DNA of 64,000 nucleotides, taken from NCBI RefSeq assembly GCF_963921235.1, contig NC_086108.1, positions 27,778,001-27,842,000 of the forward strand, written 5' to 3'. The notes beneath the pieces are model-generated. The model worked only from the letters and a program-made list of their open reading frames with translations, was not told where the DNA came from and made no database searches. The DNA is from Mobula hypostoma. Its lineage: Eukaryota. Positions 13,201 through 25,937 of this stretch are shown in pieces. The position numbers and the translations under genes are program-made. How positions within the stretch are numbered: the stretch's first letter is position 1; every line of letters starts with the position of its first letter.

Positions 13201-13990
13201 TCTGAGGTAGTGGCGGTGCCATAAATGAGCCTTCCATGGATCATGGAAGCAAGAGTTCCCAGTGTAGAAAAGGCTACACGTTGTGGGTAAACATTTTCCC
13301 AATGTTATGAAGAGTCAGTCAATCATATCTGGTGAGACTATCAGCTTCTTGAACAAGAAATGCGATGGAAATTGCAGAAATTAGCAGTACACTGTAAGGT
13401 TGGTACGGAGCTCACAACATGGCTGCCATACGCGGCACCATCTTCACTCAAAACTCCGCTCACTTGGAGCATTGTGAAAAGATGCGTTGGCGTTGGAGAG
13501 GGTCCAGAGAAGGTTCACGAGAATGATTCCAGGAATGAAAGGATTAATTTATGAGGAGCATTTGATGCCTGTAGGCTTGAACTTGCTGGAGTTTAGAAGA
13601 GAAAGGAGGGGATCTGATCAAAGCCTATTGAATACTGATAAGGGTAGATAGAGTGGATGTGGAGAGAATGCTTCCTGTGGTGGATGATTCTAGGACCAGA
13701 GGGTATAACCTCAGAATAGAGGGATTTGCGTTTAAATCAGAGATGAGAAGGAATTTCTTTAGTCAGAGGGTGATGAATCTGTGGAATTCATTGCCAGAGG
13801 TGTCTTCGGAGGCCAAGCCATTGGGTATATTTTAAGCATAGCTTGATAGTTTCTTGATTAGTAAGGGGGGCAAAGGTTAAGGGGAGAAGGCTGAAGAATG
13901 GGCTTGAGAGGGATAATAAATCAGCCATAATAGAATCGCAGAACAGACACGATGGGCCAAATGGCCTAATTTCACTATGTCTTGTGTGTT
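10300..13990 (+). mobile_element. CR1-clade LINE 3' portion split by a Rex1-type LINE
   Basis: CR1 sequence at 10300-10447 resumes at about 13459. ORF 13653-13835 reads SRTRGYNL..RRNFFSQRVMNLWNSLP. Confidence 0.85.
10448..13458 (-). mobile_element. Near full-length but disrupted Rex1/Babar-type LINE (APE + RT)
   Basis: APE motif PSILLANVQSLDNK near 13100. RT motifs CLNDWRPVILTS, DYSSALNTI, STGVPHDCVLSP and FADD. Multiple frameshifts. Confidence 0.9.
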
Positions 13991-15039
13991 ATTATAATAT
14001 GAAGGACAGATATAAATTTAATGTGTGGCCTGTCGTAGGTCAAAGCAATGCATCCAAATGCACTGCATAATCTCGGAACATATCCTTCAGCACTATCTCA
14101 GTTAATCATTCTCTGTAAGTTTAAGTGTAAGCAGTCTGGACAGAGGGATCAGGGAAGATTTATTTTCCACAAGTGATTGAAAAGACTGAGTGAGGCACAC
14201 CTGGAAGTGCTGAACAAAGAGGAATGAGTATCAGGTTTAATATCACCGGCATTTGTGAACGTTACGCAGCAGTGCAATGAAATACATGATCAATAAATAT
14301 AGAGGAAAAAACATGAATTGCAGTAAGTATGTATGCGTCTATTAAACAGTTCAGTTAAAATAAGTAATGAAATAAAAACAAATATAAAAGTAGTGAGGTG
14401 GCGTTCATGGGTTCAATAAACATTTAGGAATCGAATGGCAGAGGGGAAGAAACTTCCTGAATTGTTCAGTGTGTGCCATCAGGCTCCTGTACCTCCTTTC
14501 TGATGGTAACAATGAGATAAGAACTCGCCCCGGGTCTCTGTCAGGATGTGAAAAGAAACTGGAGAAGTGAATGGAGAAATGAAACAAAAAGGAATTAGTC
14601 AGAGGATCAGCACATTGAAATCAGAAATGGAAGCAAATCAACTCAATGAGACTATGTGAGCTCTTTGTAATGCACTTCTGCGAGTGCCAGTCCTTTCCAA
14701 AGCAGTGCAAATTATTTTTCCACAAATGTCTGTCTAGTTCCCCTCTGAAAGCCCACAATAATTGTGATTCACCATCCTTACAAGCTACATTTCAGAACAT
14801 AAAAAACCTCTGAAAAAAAAATCACGCAATAATGGAACAAGGAGCATTGGACATCATTAGTGCATGTATGAATGATAAACACTGCATCATACTGGATAAC
14901 TCTGTAGTGAGTTCTTTCCGAGGCTGACTTGGTCAATAAGAGCATAAGACATAGGAGTAGAATTAGGCAATTTGGCCCATCCAGTCTACTCCACCATTCA
15001 ATTATGGCTGATTTATTAACTCAATAAAATGAACAGTAA

Positions 15040-15960
15040 CACGGGAAAATCTGCAGATGCTGGAAATTCAAGCACCACACATAAAAAATTCTGGTGAACG
15101 CAGCAGGCCAGGCAGCATCTATAGGAAGAGGTACAGTCGACATTTCGGGCCGAGACCCTTTGTCAGGACTAACTGAAGGAAGAGCTAGCAAGAGATTTGA
15201 AGTGGGAGGGGGAGGGGGAGATCCGAAATGATAGGAGAAGACAGGAGGGGGAGGGATGGAGCCAAGAGCTAGAAAGTTGATTGGCAAAAGGGATACAAGG
15301 CTGGAGAAGGGAGAGGATCATGGGACAGGAGGCCTAGGGAGAAAGAAATGGGGAGGAGGGAAAACCCAGAGGATGGGCAAGGAGTTATCATGAGAGGGAC
15401 AGAGGGGAAAAAAAGAGAGGGGGGGAGAGATAAATAAATAAACAAACAAATAAATAACTAAATAACTAAATCAATAAATAAATAAAGGATGGGGTTTGAA
15501 GCGAGGGTGGGCCATTAACGGAAGTTAGAGAAGTCAATGTTCATGCCATCAGGTTGGAGGCTACCCAGACGGAATATAAGGTGTTGTTCCCCCAACCTGC
15601 GTGTGGCTTCATCTTGACAATAGAGGAGTCCGTGGATAGACATATCAGAATGGGAATGGGACATGGAATTAAAACGTGTGGCCCCTGGGAGATCCTGCTT
15701 TCACTGGCGGACAGAGCGTAGGTGTTCAGCGAAACGATCTCCCAGTCTGCGTCGGATATCGCCAATATATAGAAGGCCGCATTGGGAGCACTGGACGCAG
15801 TGTATCACCCCAGCCGACTCACAGGTGAAGTGTCGCCTCACCTGGAAGGACTGTCTGGGGCCCTGAATGGTGGTGAGGGAGGAAGTGTAAGGGCATGTGT
15901 AGCACTTGTTCTGCTTGCAAGGATAAATGCCGGGAGGGAGATGGGTGGGAAGGGATGGGG
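15040..15960 (-). mobile_element. Penelope-like element, left arm of an inverted pair
   Basis: GIY-YIG: FTCESAGVIHCVQCSQCGLLYIGDIRRRLGDRFAEHLRS (ORF 15701-15982). Confidence 0.92.
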
Positions 15961-17945
15961 ATGATCTTTCTGTCTCTATCACTGGAGACAGCTTATCTAC
16001 TGATGTCTACTATAAGCTTACGGACCCTCACAGCTACCTGGACTATTCCTCTTCTCACTCTGCCTCTTGCAAAAATGCCATCCCCTTCTTGTGATTCCTC
16101 CATCTCCACTGCATCTGCTCTCAGGATGAGGCTTTTCATTCTAGGACGAAGGAGATGTCCTCTTTTTTTAAAGAAAGGGGCTTCCCTTCCTCCGCCATCA
16201 ACTCTGCTCTCAAACATATCTCTCCCATTTCACACACATCTGCTCTCACCCCATACTCCCGCCACCCCACTAGGAATGGGGTTCCCCTTGTCCTCACCTG
16301 CCACCCCACCAGCCTCCGGGTCCAACATTTAATTTTCCATAACTTCCGCCACCTCCAACGGGATCCCATCGCTAAGCACATCTTTCCTTCCCTACCTCTT
16401 TCTGCTTGCCGCAGGGATCACTCGCTACGCAACTCCCTTGTCCATTCATCCCCCTATCCCTTCCCACCGATCTCCCTCCCAGCACTTATCCTTGTAAGCG
16501 GAACAAGTGCTACACATGCCCTTACACTTCCTCCCTCACCACCCTTCAGAGCCCCAGACAGTCCTTTTTAAGTGAGGCGACACTTCACCTGTGTGTCAGT
16601 TGGGGTGATATACTGCATCCGGTGCTCTCGATGCGTCCTTAGATATATATTGGCGAGGCCTGACGCAGGTTGGGAGACCGTTTCGCTGAACATCTACGTT
16701 CTGTCCACCAGAGAAAGCAGGATCTCACAGTGGCCACACATTCTAATTCCACGTCCCATTCCCATTCTGATATGTCTATCCAGGGCCTCCTCTATTGTCA
16801 AGATGAAGCCACACTCAGGTTGGAGGAACAACACCTTATATTCCGTCTGGGTAGCCCTCAGCCTGATGGCATGAACACTGACTTCTCTAAGTTCCGCTAA
16901 TGCCCCACCTCCCCTTCACACCCCATCCCTTATTTATTTATTTGTTTATTTCCCCCTTTTTCTCTCTTTTTTCTCCTCTGTCCCTCTCACTATAACTCCT
17001 TGCCCATCCTCTGGGCTTCCCCCCTCCCCCTTTCTTTCTCCCTAGACGTCCCGTCCCATGATCCTTTCCCTTCTCCAGCCTTGTATCCCTTTTGCCAGCG
17101 GCCCCCAACCACTGGGCCGCGGACCGGTATTGGGCCACAAAACGTGCTACCGGGCCATGAGGAAACAATATGATTTGGCGATATGAAACGATATAAGTCA
17201 GCTGCACCTTTCCTCATTCCCTGTCATGCCCAGTCTTGAACTTAAACGCACGCGAGGTCATCAGTGACCCAAGACGTGCAAAGGAATGGGTCCGTGACCC
17301 AATTGTGAATGTCCCCGGTGAATCATCTATGTCAGCGTGGGAAAAAGATCAACTCCTCAAGCTTGCAGATGACGGTGGGCTGAAAAGTATGTTTGACATA
17401 GCATCTCTCCCGGCATTCTGGATCAAAGTCAAGGCTGAATATCCTGAGATAGCCACCCGTGGCCCAGAGGTTGAGGACCCCTGTTATAATTGACCTATCA
17501 CTACATTCATTCAAGGAAAATATGTGCTGTATGTTTAATATTAAATTTGTCAGACAAAGACTCTCTTAGAAATGAAATTGAGTGTATTAGCCACTTATAA
17601 GTGACGTATTGTTGACTTATCACCTATATTCCAGTCGTGATTAACACCCCCCCACCCCTCCCCCCCCCCCCCGGTCCACAAGAATATTGTCAATATTAAA
17701 CCGGTCCGCGGTGCAGAAAAGGTTGGGGGCCCCTGCCTTTTGCCAATCAACTTTCCAGCTCTTAGCTCCATCCCTCCCCCTCCTGTCTTCTCCTATTATA
17801 TCGGATCTCCCCCTCCCCCTCCCACTTTCAAATCTCTTACTACCTCTTCTTTCAGTTAGTCCGGACGAAGGGTCTCAACCTGAAACGTCGACTGTCCCTC
17901 TTCCTAAAAATGCTGCCCGGCTGGCTGCGTTCACCAGCATTTTTT
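15961..17945 (+). mobile_element. Penelope-like element, right arm (RT C-terminus, GIY-YIG, pseudo-LTR), interrupted by a hAT
   Basis: Peptides MSSFFKERGFPSS..VPLVLTCHP, CKRNKCYTC and LEEQHLIFRLG; hammerhead-like motif at about 17857-17894. Confidence 0.92.
17096..17735 (+). mobile_element. Internally deleted hAT (Charlie/MER1-like) DNA transposon
   Basis: 15-bp TIRs CAGCGGCCCCCAACC / GGTTGGGGGCCCCTG, perfect 8-bp TSD CCTTTTGC (17088-17095, 17736-17743), and transposase C-terminal remnant EWVRDP..FWIKVKAEYPEIA. Confidence 0.93.
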
Positions 17946-20666
17946 TCTAAGATGTACAGTAGATTTGTTATTTATTACGTAAGAGTGTAATTCTTTTAGA
18001 TCAACTGGAAATGAGTTGCAGTCCACAGGTTCCCTCTATTCTAAGTCTGGGCACTTGGCTATTCCCCAGTTTTCTTATTCATACATGATGCCCAAGTTGG
18101 CTATCTGGACTGCAAGCTCTGGGAGTCCTTCTCAAAGCCTCTTTTTGAAATTCTTTAAACTGCCTCCATAATCCAGCTTTTGATTATCAGTACTAACACT
18201 GTTTTTTTGTGGCTCTATGTTAAGTTTTGTTTAATATTGCTCCTATCTAGTACCTTGGGAAGTTTTTCTGCATGAAAATTATCTTAGAATTGCAAAATGG
18301 TGTTGTTAATTCAATAGGGTTGCTCACCATGTAAATCATAAGCTGCTATATAGAATAAAAACTTATTTATTTATGCATGATTATAATTCAGCATGTAATA
18401 TTTACTGTATATTTACTCTTGAGGCTAAAGAATATTAAATAGCTCTGTTCTGATTTGCTGTTGCATACTGTGATTAATGTTTATTTCCTGTGAATCTGAA
18501 ATACTCCATTTAGACAATTTTGAAAAGGTAATTATCTGACGTTCCTGGCTCTGAAGAAATACTTGTATTAACATGCATCATTAAAATTCAATGGAGGTTG
18601 TGCACTGCATTACCAAAATGAAATCTATGTCCTAGATCCAATATTAAAAGGGAACTCATCCCTACGTAAGGTCAGACACTTTTGATTATTTACAGGGCAA
18701 ACAAGGACAGTCGAGAGGCTCACAGCTCAATCATCAAAAGTGCAAGTCATGCCTCTATGGTTGTGGCTTAATGGAAGCTCATCCTTTTCTTGAATACCTA
18801 AATGATCTACCAAGTCCCTCCTACAGACTGGATCTCTGTAAATACAATAGTCAATATTTAATTTTATTGCCTTTAAATTTCTTTGTTCTTCCACTTCTTT
18901 CACTTTTAGAAGGAGCCCATTGAAACCCACTGAAGAAGGGTCTCAGCCCTAAATGTTCCCCTCAATAGATGTTGCCTAACTTGCTGAGTTCCTCTAGTAT
19001 TTTGTGTGTGTTTTTTTTTCCACCAAGCTTTTGCAATTTTTCCCAATGTCATTGAGTGACCATGTGCCATAGTTTATCTGGTAATATGCCTGTGAGATGC
19101 TTTTAGTGATACTACAACTGAAAGGGTGCCATATAAATATGAGTTGGGCTTGTAGAGACTGTTGTTCTTGCAGTTGACACTATTATTGCCAATGATGTAA
19201 ATGCTAATTGAGTAGAAACTAGGATCCAAACTGATACTGTTTTCATTGAAAAGCATACTATAAGTACCTGCCATCACAATGATGCTCTCCTTAACCAATC
19301 AGTCACATACATGATTATAATACAAAAAGAAAGGAAATTTGAAGTATATTGAGCCTTGTTCTCAGTTGTTGCACTGCACTCAGCACTAGGCATACCTTAG
19401 GAAGAATGTACTATTTTGGGAAGACTGGAGTAAGAACATTTGAATGATACCATGATTTAGATGATTGAAGATGCATAAATGGTGAGCTTCTCTTGAATTC
19501 TTGGAGAGAGGAGAATGACTTGATCAAGGTAAATCCACTATTATAAATATTTACTGAGATGGATGTGTAATTTTCCCCCTATAGGAAAGGAATAGAGATT
19601 GCGACAAATAACCTAAATAATATATCCATTGATGGGTCAAATGGCAATATATTTCCACAGGCACGTGAATGAGCAAGGCATGGAGAAATATGGATTTAAT
19701 GCAGGCAAGTGGGTTAGTATAGGTAGGCATAATGGTCATCATATACACAGATGGACCAAAAGGTCCATTTCTATGCTGTGCAATTCTCTGACCGACTGTA
19801 ATATTCAGAGTGGCTGAGATCTGGAATCACCTCTTCCCAAAATTTTCAAGACTTGAGATCCTCGGGTACTTTCACTGGGCAGAACTATGTAGGGATGATA
19901 ATGAAGTTCATTTGCAAGTAAATCATGCCAAACTGAAAGTTAGAACACGGTCAAGAGGGTGAATATCTAGACCTGTTACAGATGCTCCTGGCTGCGAAGT
20001 AGTCGATTCTTTCTTCCCTCAGATAGCTTTGCAAGCAACACAGCCACACCAAAGAGCACAAATGGCAAAAAGATTCACCTTTTGAAAAGAAAGTTCAAAG
20101 GTACATTTAATGTCAGAGAAATGTATACAATGTACATCCTGAAATGCTTTTATCTTTGCAACCATCAACAAAAAACAGAGGACTGCCCCCAAAGAATGAA
20201 TGATACTTAACTGTTAGAACCCCAAAGTCCACCCAGCTCCTTTCCCTCCCTCACGTAAGTGGCAGTAAGCAATGATACCCCCTCCCCCACCAGCAAAAAA
20301 AAAGCATTGGCACCCACCACCAAGCATTCAAGTGTGCAGCAAAGCAACAGCAAAGACACAGACTTGCAGTACTCCAAAGACTACCCATTCACCCAGTATT
20401 TGACATACCACAGGCTCCCCCTCTCCCTAATAAGAGAGAAAGAGGTGTCTCTGTTTCATCTGAGTGTCCACTGCTCTCAGATAAGGAAGTGAGGATTTCA
20501 AACCCATCTGTTTTCAGAAGGGATTGAAAAGGAGATGCGTAGCCTCAGCTTTGCACGGGACCTGGCAAAAAGCACAAAATATAAGCTGTTTTCTTTCCCT
20601 AGCACAATTGATTGTGAAAACGTGACAGACGTATGCTTGTTATTGTGCCCTTGAAATTACTTTAGC

Positions 20667-21655
20667 ATGGTATCCATTGTATCCTGGATAATGGACTACC
20701 TGACAGAACACAGTATGTGCAGCTTCAGCATTGAGACCCCACAGGGGACTGTATTAGTTCCCTGTCTGTTTACCCTGTATACCTCAGACTTTAGATTATT
20801 AACTGAGTCACGTTGTCTGCAGAAATTCTCTGATAGTTCAGCAATAGTTAGGTGGGAAAAGGGAGGATGGGAGGATGAATACAGGGCCCTGGTGGAGGAC
20901 TTTGTCAAATGGTGCAAGCTGAATCATCTGCAGCTCAACATCAGTAAGACAAAGGAGATGCTGATGGCCTTGAAGAAGACTAAGCCTGCACTGCTCCCTG
21001 TTACTATTGATGATAAGGACCTACAAGTAACTGGGGGTGCACCTGGATGATAGACTTGAATGGAGCACTAACACAGAGACTGTATACAAGGGCCAGAGTC
21101 ACCTCTACTTCCTGAGGAGACTGAGCTCCTTTGAGTATGCAGGCCTCTCCTTCATATGTTCTATCAGTCTGTTGTCACCAGCAGAATCTTCTATGCAATG
21201 GTGTGCTGGGGCAATGGCATCAACACGGGTGATGCCAACAGGCTCAATAAACTGATTAGAAAGGCTAGCTCTGTTACAGAAGTCAAACTGGACCCACTGG
21301 AGGCTGTGGTAGAACAAAAGACCCTACAGAAAATCCTGGTAATTCTGGACAATGTTTCTCACCCTCTACATGCACCTTGGCTGAACAGAGGAGCACTTTT
21401 AATAATAGACTAGGACAACTGTGCTCCTCCAAAGAGCGCTATATGAGGCCATTCTTACCCTCGGCCATTAGGCTCTATAATGAGTCAACCTATTGCCGAG
21501 GAAGTGATGATAGTCTCCTGTTAATCTATTTGAAGTAACCTATTTTTTTAAAATTCTTTTTACTTCTCTTCTAATATTTACATCTGTGCACTTGTACCGC
21601 TAGTGGGCCTCTGTAATTTCCTTCGGGATCAATAAAGTATCTATCTATCTATCCA
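20667..21655 (+). mobile_element. Rex1/Babar-type LINE 3' fragment
   Basis: Peptides PQGTVLVPCLFTLYTSDF and LQLNISKTKEM; AATAAA followed by a (TATC)n tail. Confidence 0.88.
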
Positions 21656-21880
21656 TTTAATGAATTCAATAGTGAACTCCACAACCACAAACAGAAATAA
21701 AGATCCTACTTAGCCACTGGCCTCATGTCTGACTTTTGTGGCTTCAAAGTACCTGATTTAATATTTTTGCTCCATTGAGATACCTTTGAGGTTGATAAAC
21801 ACAACCACTAAGAGGTCCATTATCCTTCCCTTACATCATATGAATTGATTAACATCGATTTGAGGAGATTAGTGGATACC

Positions 21881-21928
21881 ATTTAACTGATAGGCGCGTC
21901 CAGTAAAGGACACGCCTATCAGTTAAAT
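21881..21928. other. Isolated hairpin with a 21-bp stem and 6-nt loop
   Basis: ATTTAACTGATAGGCGCGTCC-AGTAAA-GGACACGCCTATCAGTTAAAT; the single mismatch becomes a G:U pair on the minus strand. Confidence 0.9.
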
Positions 21929-22235
21929 ATAAACACTTAGCAGTTTTCCATTTTGCTAAAAGCCCAACCCAATCTTGTCTATTTAATTGATTAGTCGTTA
22001 CAATTTGTTCTTTTAAAAAAGATAGAAAAACAAATGCAGCTGCATAGTTAAGGTCACATGAAGCACAAAACCCAGTCAAAATATTCAAAGCAATGGAGCA
22101 CAGGAAAGAAACCAGATTACTGCAAATTGTTTACTCTTGTGAAAGGTACAACAGGTGGGGGCACTTGTTCCAAACCTGGTTGCGTTCTATACAATTTAGC
22201 TTCTAATTAACAAAGGATGAAGACCTTCCCCAAGC

Positions 22236-22665
22236 ATTGGGAAATCTGCAGATGCTGGAAATTCAAGCAACATACACAAAAAATGCTGGTGAACGCAACA
22301 GGCCAGGCAGCATCTATAAGAAGAAGTACAGTCAACGTTTCAGGCTGGGACCTTTCGTCAGGACTAACTGAAAGAAGAGATAGTAAGAGATTTGAAAGTA
22401 GGAGGGGGAGGGGGAGATCTGAAATGATAGGAGAAGACAGGAGGGGAGGGGTGGATCTAAGAGCTGAAAAGTTGATTGGCAAAAGAGATACGAGGCTGGA
22501 GAAGGGAGAGGATTATGAGATGTGAGGCCTAAGGAGAAAGAAACGGGGGCGGGGAGCCCAGAGGATGGGCAAGGAGTTACGAAGGGTCCCGGCCCGAAAC
22601 GTCGACTGTACCTCTTCCTATAGATGCAGCCTGGCCTGCTGCGTTCACCAGCACTTTTTGTGTCT
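22236..22665. mobile_element. Penelope pseudo-LTR inverted pair (minus 22236-22578, plus 22579-22665)
   Basis: Both arms carry the ATGCTGGTGAACGCA..GGCCAGGC..CATCTATA terminus in opposite orientation. Confidence 0.85.
22329..22366 (-). ncRNA. Minimal type I hammerhead ribozyme (Penelope-associated), core intact
   Basis: The minus strand reads UAGUC-CUGACGA-A-AGG-UCCCAG-CCU-GAAAC-GUU-GACUG: stem I, catalytic core, stem II, palindromic ACGU stem III and an NUH triplet. Confidence 0.75.
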
Positions 22666-23126
22666 GTTGCTAGATCTTCCCCAAGGTTGTGTATAGTGAA
22701 AAAACAGTGATTCAATATTGCCAGACAGGGAGTGTGTAACACTGAAGAATTTAGTAGTGAGAGAAACAAATATTCTACAGTGTGTGTCTGTAACCAAAGC
22801 AGAAGTTTGTGTCAAAGGTGACATAATGACCATGTCATAGTGGAAAGAAAAGCTGAAATTCAGAAAGTTAAATACTGACAGACTGATGGAGAATAAATTC
22901 AGTATATGGCAAAGGCATGGTCTTTACTCAACTTAATGACATTTATTTTCATTCAAAAATAACCTAAGTTATTTGCATGAGTATAAGTCATTAACACTGA
23001 GTGGGAATGTTAAACATTTGAGTGTCTGCCTCATTGCCACAGGTCTGATTCTTCCACAAAGGGACTAGTAAAAAGAAAATAAAACAGTGCAGCAGAGAAA
23101 CAAGGCCTTCGGCTGAAAACATTGTG

Positions 23127-23952
23127 ATAGATAGATAGATAGATAGATATACTTCATTAATCCCAAGAGAAATTTGGTTTCGTTACAGACGCACCAACCA
23201 AGAATAGAGCGTAACTATAGCAATACAAAAACCCCCAACAATCAAACAACAAAATGCAAACTATGCCAGATGGAAAATAAGTCCAGGACCAGTCTATTGG
23301 CTCAAGGTGTCTGACCCTTCAAGGGAGGAGCTGCACATTCGATGACCACAGACCTCCCGTGCCGCCAAGTGTTGTATCACGGTGGAATGTGGCCAAAGTC
23401 CAACAGTAAAAAGTTCAATATCCAGTCTGTAAATACGTTCCTCAATCATAATATGCCCCGGATTGCACCATCCGTTGTTAACCAGATCAGTAAGCACCGA
23501 ACTCCCTTACGCTTACTGCTCTCAGTGCACTTCCGGTCAGCTGGAACGGTATTACCCACCGAACTCCTCTTCTCCAAAAGTCTCTGTTGTCTCGACCCGG
23601 TCCTCTTTCCTCGGCTTTGTGATCTCCCTCTGCATCCTCTATGTGTTTTCCTCCGGATTTCAGCAGGGGTGTCCGCCGCTGTGTTCGCTAAACCGGCCGG
23701 TAATTTGCTGGTCTGTGGAATACACAATGCGACCTTGCTTCTGTCCCGCATGTCGGGATGTAACCATTTCCAGCACTAAGAAAACCCAAATAAAACTCTC
23801 TCTACCAGCATGTTAGAAGGGGTGCAGCTTCAACGTGTTACCGTGAGAAAAAAAATACAAAAAATAACATAAATTAGAAAGTAAGAAGAAGAAAGTAAGA
23901 ATAGATCGGAACGGCTGTACCAGGCTGCATGCACGGCCGGCGCATGCGTACT
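23127..23952 (-). mobile_element. Internally deleted Rex1-type LINE retaining both ends
   Basis: N-terminal RRKTHRGCRG and APE piece VNNGWCNPGHI..DIELFTVGL, joined to a 3' UTR with a (CTAT)n tail. Confidence 0.75.
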
Positions 23953-24279
23953 ATATGCCAAACTAATTAAGCGAATAATATCTGATCCTTTCTGCCTGCA
24001 CATGGTCTATATCCTTCCATTGCTGAACATTCATGTGTCTTCTAAGAGCCTCTTAAATGATTCTATTATATCTGCTTCCACCACCACACGCAGCTACATA
24101 TTTCAGACACCCACCACCCACTGTGCAAAAACAATCTGTCCCGCACATCTCCTTTGGAGTTTCCCCTCTCATCTGAAATGCATGAAGGTGTGAATCCTCC
24201 ACTTCCAGCATGTCAAGGCCATTTGTGTTCCTGATTTCATCTGTGAGACTGGGTGAAAGCGTGAAACCATTTTTTCTCA

Positions 24280-25280
24280 AACAAGAGGAAGTCTGCAGAT
24301 GCTGAAAATCCAAGCCACACACACACAAAATGCTGGGGGCACTCCGCAGGTTAGACAGCATGTATGGAAAAGAGTACAGTCGATGTTTCGGGTCGAAATA
24401 TTTCAACAGGACTGGAGAGAAAAAAGGATGAGGACTCAGAGTTAGAAAGTGGGTGTGGGGAGGAAGAAACACAAGGTGACAGGTGAAACCGGGAGGGAGT
24501 ACGGATGAAGTAAAGAGCTGGGAAGTTGATTGGAGATAGAAATACATGGCTGGAGGAGGGGGTATCTGATAGGAAAGGACAGAAGACCATGGAAGAAAGA
24601 AAAGGGGGAGGAGTACCAGAAGGAGGTGATGGGCAGATGAGGAGATAAAGTGAGAGAGAGAAATAGGAATGGGGAATGGTTAAGCAAGGGTGGGACTTTA
24701 CCAGACGTTCAAGGTATCGATGTTCATGCCACCAAGTTGGAGGCGACCCAGACGGTATACAAGCTGTTGCTCTTCCAACCTGAGTGTGGCTTCATTGCAG
24801 CAGTAAAGGAGGCCATGGACTGACATGTTGGAATAGGAATGGGAAATGGAATTAAAATGGATGGCCACTGGGAGATCCCGCTTTTTCTTGCAGATGGAGT
24901 GTAGATGCACAGCGAAGCGGTCTCTCAACCTACATCAAGTTTCATCAATATACAGGAGGCCACACAAGGAGCACCAGGTGCGGCAGATGACCCCCAACAG
25001 GCTACCAGGTGAAGGGTTGCCTTACCTGGAAGGACTGTTTGGTGCCCTGAACTGTAGTGAGGGAAGAGGTGTAGCACTTGTTCTGTTTGTAAGGATAAAT
25101 GCCAGGAGGGAGATCAGTGGGGAGGGATGAATGGACAAGGGAGCAATCCCTGCAGAAACAGAAAGTGGGGGAGGGAAAGATGGTCTTGGTGGTGGGATCC
25201 CACTGGAGATGGCAGAAGTTATGGAGAATTATGTGCTGGACATGGAGGCTAGTGGGGTGGTAAGTAAGGACAAGAGGAAC
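24280..25280 (-). mobile_element. Penelope-like element 3' part
   Basis: ORF 24698-24928 reads DRFAVHLHSI..LEEQQLVYRLGRLQ. Confidence 0.88.
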
Positions 25281-25530
25281 AAGAGATTCTATAGATGATG
25301 GAAGTCTTGAGCAACATACACAAAATGCTGGAGGAACTCATACGGAGAGAAGTAAACAGGTGACATTTGGTTTTGGCCCCAAACCTCAACTTCATATGTG
25401 TTGTCTATATTGATGATTTCCTCCTATATTTTGTGTGTGTTTAATTCTTCACTGACAATTCTCTTAACTAACACACTCAAAATGCTGCAGGAACTCAGCA
25501 GGTCAGACATAATGTATTGACAGGAATGAA

Positions 25531-25568
25531 CAGTCAACATTTCAGGCCAAAGCCCTTCATCAGGACTG
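25531..25568 (-). ncRNA. Hammerhead ribozyme motif in a Penelope pseudo-LTR fragment (stem III mutated)
   Basis: CAGUC-CUGAUGA-A-GGG-CUUUGG-CCU-GAAAU-GUU-GACUG. Confidence 0.6.
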
Positions 25569-25937
25569 GAAAGGAAGGATGATTCTCTTAAACTGGATTG
25601 TGACAAAACCTCTAGCAAACCTCTACCATTATTTATTCCTCAACCAATTTCACTAAATCAGATTATTATCCCACTATTACATCATTTTCAGTTAAACCTT
25701 AGATTGCACAAATTGCCAGTAAAATACCATTAATTGTTTCATTGGCTGTGAAGCACTTAGCACTAACTGGAGGCCATGATAGGTGATGTGGAAAATGCAA
25801 GGTCTTTCCTATAATTCCTCCCACACAAATCCAAATGTAATTATAGTGGCCCAGGCAACAGTATTGAATATCACTGTGACAGTCACTCAGAAACTGTCAT
25901 GCCAGCTTCACTTGTACTTATTGATTCTCACCAGCAA

